24,472 nucleotides of DNA from Candidatus Krumholzibacteriia bacterium (GTDB lineage: Bacteria > Krumholzibacteriota > Krumholzibacteriia > WVZY01): assembly GCA_046754105.1 (NCBI GenBank), contig JBHHVD010000046.1, positions 1 through 24,472 of the forward strand. The letters run 5' to 3'. Positions 19,578-24,472 of this stretch are shown piece by piece. The notes beneath the pieces were generated by a model, which did no database searches, was not told the origin of the DNA, and saw only the letters and a program-made list of their open reading frames with translations. Each line of letters starts with the position of its first letter. Position 1 is the stretch's first letter. The position numbers and the translations under genes were made by a program.

Positions 19578-20917
19578 TGTCCTTTCGCTCCTGTCAAAGT
19601 CACTTCGGTACAATTGTCCTTCGTGAAATAGCGCCGTGCAAGAGTGATTATGTCCTTGCTCGAAATCTCCTCGTACCTCTTGTAAATCTCGTTCACCGCG
19701 AAGGGGTCGCCGGTCAGGTTGATAAAGTGGGTCAGTTCGTCCGCCACGCCCTCTGCGGTATCCAGCCCCATCGCAAAAGAGTACCTCAGCCGCGACTTGA
19801 TGTCAGCGAGCCGCTTCTCGTCCACTGCCGTCGACTGCGCGGCCGCGAGGGTTTCATAAATGCGGGACTTCACCTTTTCGACATTTTCCTCTTCCTTCAC
19901 GCGGCAGTAGATCAGGAAAAGGCCCGGGTCCCGCCTGTCGGGAACGTACGTAGACAGGAACTCGACGCTCTGCTCCTCGATGACCAGTTCCCTGTGCAAG
20001 TCGCTCGTGGACCCAAACAGCAGACGCGCCAGGATATCCAGACCGGCGTTGTCCTTCGTGGACGGATCGAACTGCGGGGTATGGTAGGCGACGGCAATGT
20101 ATGGCAGCGTTTCGTTCTCCCAGTCGATGTGGGCCTTCTTGTGCTCGGTTTGTTTCGGTTCCACCGGTATCTCGGGGTTGTACTCGCGAGCTTCCCAGCC
20201 GCCGTAGTACTTTTCTATCAACCCGTACGTGTAATCGGGGTCGATATCGCCGACTACGAGGAGGACTACGTTATTCGGCCGGTAGTAACGATCGAAGAAC
20301 TTCAGGCTGTAATCGAACTGATTGGGCATGTCCTCGATGTCTTTCAGGAATCCCATCGTCGTGTGCTTGTAGGTATGCTTCGTAAAGGCCGTGTCCCGGA
20401 GTCTTTCATAGATCTTGGAGATCGGCCTCGAGTAGTTCTTGTTGTACTCGCCGAGGACCGCGCGGGATTCCTGTTGAAAATCCGAGACGGAGTACTTCAG
20501 GTTGCGGAAGCGGTCGGCCTCTGCCTCAACGACTTTTTCGAGGCCGTCCTTGCCGAAGAGGCTGTGGTAGCAGGTCAGGTCGTCAGAGGTGTAGGCGTTG
20601 GCGTCGCTGCCCAGCACCTTGAAGAGGAGGTTGTACTCGTCCGTCGAGTACTTTTCGGTACCACGAAACATCATGTGCTCGAAGAAGTGGGCGAACCCCG
20701 AGTGTCCCGCCTCGACCTCGTTCCTCGAGCCGGCGCGGACGATACTATAGTAGGCGATGATCCCCGGGCTGTCGAACGGGACCAGCACGACCTTGAGGCC
20801 GTTGGGCATGGTTCGAACGTGCATCGGGTATGGGAAGATATCCATAGCAGCCACCTCTCCTGCCGGTGCGATAGAACAGACCACGACCACGAGACATATA
20901 ACGAAAACACCTCTCAT
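19574..20917 (-). CDS. M16B zinc peptidase, catalytic subunit (exported)
   Basis: AGSRNE...GFAHFFEHMMFRGT (HXXEH), NAYT, downstream Glu, YYRPNN. N-terminal signal peptide and AGGAGG RBS. Confidence 0.94.
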   Translation of the reverse strand: MRGVFVICLVVVVCSIAPAGEVAAMDIFPYPMHVRTMPNGLKVVLVPFDSPGIIAYYSIVRAGSRNEVEAGHSGFAHFFEHMMFRGTEKYSTDEYNLLFKVLGSDANAYTSDDLTCYHSLFGKDGLEKVVEAEADRFRNLKYSVSDFQQESRAVLGEYNKNYSRPISKIYERLRDTAFTKHTYKHTTMGFLKDIEDMPNQFDYSLKFFDRYYRPNNVVLLVVGDIDPDYTYGLIEKYYGGWEAREYNPEIPVEPKQTEHKKAHIDWENETLPYIAVAYHTPQFDPSTKDNAGLDILARLLFGSTSDLHRELVIEEQSVEFLSTYVPDRRDPGLFLIYCRVKEEENVEKVKSRIYETLAAAQSTAVDEKRLADIKSRLRYSFAMGLDTAEGVADELTHFINLTGDPFAVNEIYKRYEEISSKDIITLARRYFTKDNCTEVTLTGAKGQ

Positions 20918-21079
20918 ATCGAATGTTACCTCCTGTGTACCATGGATTTAGCTCGGAAGACCTGCGGTGGGGAAGGTCCCGCATAGCCCGTGCGCCCCGT
21001 CCCGCCCAGGGTAATTGGGACAGCGAAATCCTAACGCTTTTCTCAAAAAAACACAATCGCATTCAGCCCCCGCCGCTAC

Positions 21080-21187
21080 TGTCAAATAAATTTGACACTC
21101 ATCGTCAAACTCTCTCGACTAGATAATCCATTGTGTGTGAATAGGATGCGACGCCTCTATGGAATGGGGTGTCACGAATGTATGACA
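21080..21187. promoter_or_regulatory. Enhancer (UAS) cluster 1: three 18-bp TGTCA-N8-TGACA-type palindromes
   Basis: TGTCAAATAAATTTGACA (21080-21097), degenerate CGTCAAACTCTCTCGACT (21103-21120), TGTCACGAATGTATGACA (21170-21187). Confidence 0.75.
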
Positions 21188-21293
21188 GAAATGGGGGGTG
21201 CGACGGACCGTTGTGAGGCACCACGGGCAACAACGAGTCGCTATACTCAAGTGACGTATACAGTTAGGAATTATTCGACGCTTCGGGGCACGA

Positions 21294-21308
21294 TGGTACA
21301 CGACTTGC
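21294..21308 (+). promoter_or_regulatory. sigma54 (-24/-12) promoter 1
   Basis: TGGTAC-ACGAC-TTGC with exact GG-N10-GC spacing. Confidence 0.85.
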
Positions 21309-21383
21309 CATAACCCCCGATCAAGAGCAAGCGGTTCCCGAAGGTTGGGATCACGAACAAACGTCAGAGAAGGAGGTGTCCAA

Positions 21384-21473
21384 ATGAAGTATATCGTCAT
21401 GTCAAATCTCGGACTGCTCGTCACCTTGCTGGCCATCTTCGGCAAGAGCGTATGGGGAAAGAGCGTGTGGTAG
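21384..21473 (+). CDS. Micropeptide 1, 29 aa: MKYIVMSNLGLLVTLLAIFGKSVWGKSVW
   Basis: AGGAGGTG RBS at 21371-21378, own promoter and terminator, paralogous to micropeptide 2. Below the ORF-track size cutoff. Confidence 0.88.
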   Translation: MKYIVMSNLGLLVTLLAIFGKSVWGKSVW

Positions 21474-21496
21474 ATACGCGCGAGATGATCGAGGAA

Positions 21497-21535
21497 AAGA
21501 GGAGTCTGCACCAGAGGGCAGGCTCCTCTTCTTTT
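21497..21535 (+). terminator. Intrinsic terminator after micropeptide 1
   Basis: 13-bp stem AAGAGGAGTCTGC / GCAGGCTCCTCTT (one G-U), 8-nt loop, then CTTTT. Confidence 0.8.
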
Positions 21536-21615
21536 GCCGCACGCGACCGGGGCTGGTTCTGCGGATGTCGATCGCGGGGCTCCGCGACCGCACTTCCGCG
21601 TCCGGCGGCGGGTGG

Positions 21616-21635
21616 CGGCTCGGCTCGGCTCGGCT
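21616..21635. repeat. (CGGCT)4 pentanucleotide tandem repeat
   Basis: Four perfect copies in the spacer between the two peptide units. Confidence 0.7.
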
Positions 21636-21653
21636 CGCTGGTGCACTCCAAAG

Positions 21654-21760
21654 TGCCAACTATATTTGACAGTATTTGTCAAGGGCATGATACATGTTAT
21701 CTCGTGTTATTGCAGTCGCTTGTGTAGTGTTTCCGAATTGAGTGTCAAAAATATTTGACA
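21654..21760. promoter_or_regulatory. Enhancer (UAS) cluster 2: three 18-bp TGTCA-N8-TGACA-type palindromes
   Basis: TGCCAACTATATTTGACA (21654-21671), TGTCAAGGGCATGATACA (21677-21694), TGTCAAAAATATTTGACA (21743-21760). Confidence 0.75.
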
Positions 21761-21865
21761 CCTGGGGGTTGCAATCTCGTCATTATGTGCTATTAAAAGA
21801 ATGACCCGGAAAGCAACGTCTTTCATGAGAAGCGATTAGGAGCATCTGGAGATTCCGGGAACGTT

Positions 21866-21880
21866 TGGTACGCGGCTTGC
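21866..21880 (+). promoter_or_regulatory. sigma54 (-24/-12) promoter 2
   Basis: TGGTAC-GCGGC-TTGC with exact GG-N10-GC spacing. Confidence 0.85.
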
Positions 21881-21969
21881 CCTTTTAAGGGGGTCGTGTT
21901 AAGCGGAGCAAAGCGCAGTCAATTGTCGAATACCGCAAGCCACACTCGGATGGGATGGAGGTGGCCAAG

Positions 21970-22050
21970 ATGAAATACATCATCTTCGCCAACATAGGAT
22001 TGCTCATCTCAATCCTGGCGGTCTTGGGAAAGAGCGTTTGGATTGCGTGA
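21970..22050 (+). CDS. Micropeptide 2, 26 aa: MKYIIFANIGLLISILAVLGKSVWIA
   Basis: GGAGGTG RBS at 21957-21963. 15/24 identical to micropeptide 1, with conservative substitutions and 7 synonymous codon changes. Confidence 0.88.
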   Translation: MKYIIFANIGLLISILAVLGKSVWIA

Positions 22051-22056
22051 GTAGAC

Positions 22057-22089
22057 AAAAGAGCCTGCTGCAAAGCGGGCTCTTTTTTT
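22057..22089 (+). terminator. Intrinsic terminator after micropeptide 2
   Basis: Stem AAAAGAGCCTGCT / AGCGGGCTCTTTT, GCAA tetraloop, T7 tail. Confidence 0.88.
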
Positions 22090-22115
22090 GACAGGGTGAT
22101 TCCAAGGGATAGGCC

Positions 22116-23744
22116 ATGGCTGATCAGAGCAAAGCAGGGCAGGACGCCGCGAACGTGTTCAACGAGCTTGACAGGCACGTCGGCCCGCCGCCGCCAGGCG
22201 GCGACAACGAGCCCGGGATCGAAGACCTCAAGCGGCGCTACTCGATTATCGAGACGCTCCTGAACGTCAGCATCTCGCTCAGTTCCACCATGAACCTCGA
22301 GGTGCTCCTCGAGAAGATCGTGGACGCCGTCGTCAAGATCACCGGTTGCAGCCGCGGCTACCTCATGCTGCGTGACAACGGCGAGCTGACCCTGGCGCTG
22401 GCGCGTTCGCGCCACGGCAAGCCCATGTCGCACAAGAATTTCAACCGGAGTCTCAGCGTCATCCAGAAGGCGGCCGAGACCGGGCTTCCCCAGGTCATCA
22501 CCGACGCCCAGGAGCAAGACGATCTTCGCGACAAGAAGAGTATCGTCGACCTGGACATCCGCACGGTGGTCTGTATCCCCCTGCAGTTCGAAGAAAATCT
22601 GGTCGGCGTCATATACGCCGATAGCGACCGGATCTCGGAGCGTTTCAGCAGTTCGGATCTCTCCATCCTGAACGCGTTTGGATCGCAGGCGGCGGTGGCG
22701 ATCGAGAACACGCGCCGGCACGGCGACCTCGAGATGTTGAAAAACGCCCTCGAGACCCAGAACGTGAGCCTGCGCCAGGAAGTCGCCGGCAACTACGAGT
22801 TCTCCGGCATCATCGGCCGCAGCAGCACCATGCAACAGATCTTCGAAGTGATCAAGAAGGTGTCGCCCCTGTCGACGACGGTGCTCATCCAGGGCGAGAC
22901 CGGTACGGGTAAGGAGCTGATCGCCAAGGCGATCCACTACAACAGCGCCCGCAAGGAACGGCCCATGGTGTCGGTCAACTGCGGCGCGCTGCCCAAGGAC
23001 ATCCTGGAAAGCGAGCTTTTCGGGTATCGCAAGGGCTCGTTCACCGGTGCGGACCAGGACCGGGCCGGGCTGTTCGAGGCGGCGAGCGGGGGCACGATCT
23101 TCCTCGACGAAATCGGCGAGATGCCGGTCGAGCTGCAGGTCAAGCTGCTGCGGACGTTGCAGGAGAACGAGGTGCGGCGGCTCGGCGAGGAGCGGGCGAT
23201 CAAGATCGACGTCCGTGTAATCGCCGCCACCAACAAGGAGCTGGCCCGCGAGGTGGAGGAGGGACGGTTTCGCGATGACCTCTTCTACCGGCTCAACGTG
23301 GTGCCGGTCTTTCTGGCCCCGCTTCGCAAGCGCCAGGAAGACATTCTGCCCCTGGCGGATCACTTCCTGGAGAAATACGCCCGGCAGATGAAGAAGGAAA
23401 AACCCCTGCTGAGCCGGGGGACGAAAGAGATGCTCTTCTATCACTCGTGGTCGGGTAACGTGCGGGAGCTGGAGAACTCGATCGAGCGCGCGCTGGCCCT
23501 CGGCGAGGACAAAAAGGTGCTCGACGTCGACCAGTTCGAACACCTCATAAAGAAGGCCACGGTCGAACGCCCCGGAGAGGATTTGTCTCTCAAGAAGATG
23601 CTCTACGTTTGGGAACGGGAACTCCTGCAGAAAGTGCTCGTCAAGCACTCGTGGAACGTGACCCAGACGGCGAGCGCCCTCCATTTGAGCAGGCAGCAGC
23701 TCTACAACAAGATCAAAAGATTCGGGTTGGCACCGCTGATCTGA
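22116..23744 (+). CDS. sigma54-dependent enhancer-binding protein (GAF - AAA+ - Fis-type HTH)
   Basis: GAF ([15 protein letters not shown]...GVIYADS...AAVAIEN), Walker [22 protein letters not shown], Walker [29 protein letters not shown], and [27 protein letters not shown]. Confidence 0.96.
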   Translation: MADQSKAGQDAANVFNELDRHVGPPPPGGDNEPGIEDLKRRYSIIETLLNVSISLSSTMNLEVLLEKIVDAVVKITGCSRGYLMLRDNGELTLALARSRHGKPMSHKNFNRSLSVIQKAAETGLPQVITDAQEQDDLRDKKSIVDLDIRTVVCIPLQFEENLVGVIYADSDRISERFSSSDLSILNAFGSQAAVAIENTRRHGDLEMLKNALETQNVSLRQEVAGNYEFSGIIGRSSTMQQIFEVIKKVSPLSTTVLIQGETGTGKELIAKAIHYNSARKERPMVSVNCGALPKDILESELFGYRKGSFTGADQDRAGLFEAASGGTIFLDEIGEMPVELQVKLLRTLQENEVRRLGEERAIKIDVRVIAATNKELAREVEEGRFRDDLFYRLNVVPVFLAPLRKRQEDILPLADHFLEKYARQMKKEKPLLSRGTKEMLFYHSWSGNVRELENSIERALALGEDKKVLDVDQFEHLIKKATVERPGEDLSLKKMLYVWERELLQKVLVKHSWNVTQTASALHLSRQQLYNKIKRFGLAPLI

Positions 23745-24036
23745 GCCGCGCCGCGGCATGCCGCGACGGAGCTCCCGCTGCGCAGTCTGTCGGGTTGGCG
23801 ACGTCCACCGTCGCTGGCGGGCGGACTCGGGGGCTTGTCTCCGTCACGTCGCCCGCTTCGCTCAGCGACCGGCCTTGCGGCCGGTGATCTTCGCTCGCTC
23901 CTGCGAACGTTCCGTCGACAACCCCCGAGCCCGCCCGCGCGCAGCCTTCGAGCACGGGCGGGCTGTTCGCTGACAGGACCCGCGCAGGGTACGTGGCGTG
24001 ATGCCGTGCCATATCGCTTTGCATTTCGGCGCCATC

Positions 24037-24045
24037 TGCTAGAAT
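24037..24045 (+). promoter_or_regulatory. Extended -10 element upstream of acs
   Basis: TGcTAGAAT about 50 nt before the acs start, with TTGCAT upstream at suboptimal spacing. Confidence 0.45.
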
Positions 24046-24093
24046 CTTCCTGCATCGGGCAAGTGGTGCGCGCGTGTGCGAAAGGAGCGGCAC

Positions 24094-24472
24094 TTGGATA
24101 AGAATCTGGAGACGATCCTCAACGAGAAACGCCGGTTCGAGCCGCCGGAGGCGTTCCGGGAAAAGGCGCATATCTCGTCGTTGGAACAGTACCGGCGGCA
24201 ATACGAGGAGAGCATCAAGGACCCCGACGGATTCTGGGGTGCCGTCGCCGGCGAACTGCATTGGTATGAGAAATGGCGCACGGTGCTGGACGAAACCGAC
24301 GCGCCGTACTTCAAGTGGTTCGCCGGGGGCAAAACGAACATTTCGGTAAACTGTCTCGACCGGCACCTCGACGGCGCCACCCGGAACAAGGCGGCGATTG
24401 TGTGGCAGGGCGAGCCCGGAGAGGAACGCGTCCTTACCTACCGCGACCTGTGGCGCGAGGTCAACAGGTGTG
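24094..24472 (+). CDS. acs: Acetate--CoA ligase, 5' part (runs off window)
   Basis: TTG start after [28 protein letters not shown]...[12 protein letters not shown]...[18 protein letters not shown]...[12 protein letters not shown]...LTYRDL. Confidence 0.93.
   Translation, partial: MDKNLETILNEKRRFEPPEAFREKAHISSLEQYRRQYEESIKDPDGFWGAVAGELHWYEKWRTVLDETDAPYFKWFAGGKTNISVNCLDRHLDGATRNKAAIVWQGEPGEERVLTYRDLWREVNRC

Noticed and set aside
20981..20995. Minus-strand sigma54 promoter for the M16 operon (GCGCACGGGCTATGC)
   Set aside because: Lacks the invariant GG at -24, so co-activation of the peptidases by the enhancer is unsupported.
21092..21758. ORF-track ORFs across the peptide locus (e.g. 21119-21688 minus, 21452-21727 plus)
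   Set aside because: No RBS or recognisable domains, and they run across terminators and enhancer sites. Spurious.
21080..21760. TTGACA hexamers as sigma70 -35 boxes
   Set aside because: They are arms of palindromes and lack convincing -10 boxes at 16-18 bp. They are better explained as activator sites.
21384..22050. Tandem type I toxin-antitoxin loci (small hydrophobic toxins)
   Set aside because: Size and hydrophobicity fit. However, the sigma54 promoters with enhancer arrays, the lack of an obvious RBS-sequestering fold or antisense unit, and the repeated polar core argue against it. Disfavoured, not formally excluded.
2222..23759. Long antisense or alternate-frame ORFs (2222-3505, 2443-3951, 7333-8919, 10550-12313, 14074-15225, 19541-20986, 21885-23759)
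   Set aside because: Shadow ORFs of real genes, expected from high-GC codon bias; no motifs.
1..24472. CRISPR arrays, tRNA/rRNA genes, transposases or prophage genes
   Set aside because: No repeat-spacer periodicity, cloverleaf or mobile-element motifs seen by eye.

Overview
GC-rich bacterial chromosomal window, probably a diderm: it encodes a beta-barrel, a lipoprotein and TatC. The lineage cannot be fixed from the sequence alone. Most of it is housekeeping. A minus-strand block holds a CoA-binding protein, 3D-domain protein, secreted hypothetical, pepA, ferredoxin plus geranylgeranyl-reductase-family enzyme, and an outer-membrane protein. A long plus-strand block holds an LMW phosphatase, ilvE, glyA, nrdR, tatC, rsfS, argS, a PfkB kinase, a conserved hypothetical, a membrane HD-GYP protein and purM. 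A minus-strand operon encodes an M16 peptidase pair plus a lipoprotein. A GAF-AAA+-HTH sigma54 activator and the start of acs close the window. The standout is the apparently empty 21.05-22.1 kb interval, which the ORF track misses. It is a tandem pair of ~575-bp transcription units. Each has three TGTCA-N8-TGACA-type palindromes at conserved spacing, a -24/-12 sigma54 promoter, a strong RBS, a 26-29 aa signal-peptide-like micropeptide carrying GKSVW (doubled in copy 1), and an intrinsic terminator. The pair sits directly upstream of the sigma54 activator and back-to-back with the exported M16 peptidases. This looks like a candidate sigma54-controlled peptide signalling system. The architecture is seen in the sequence; the function and novelty are inference.
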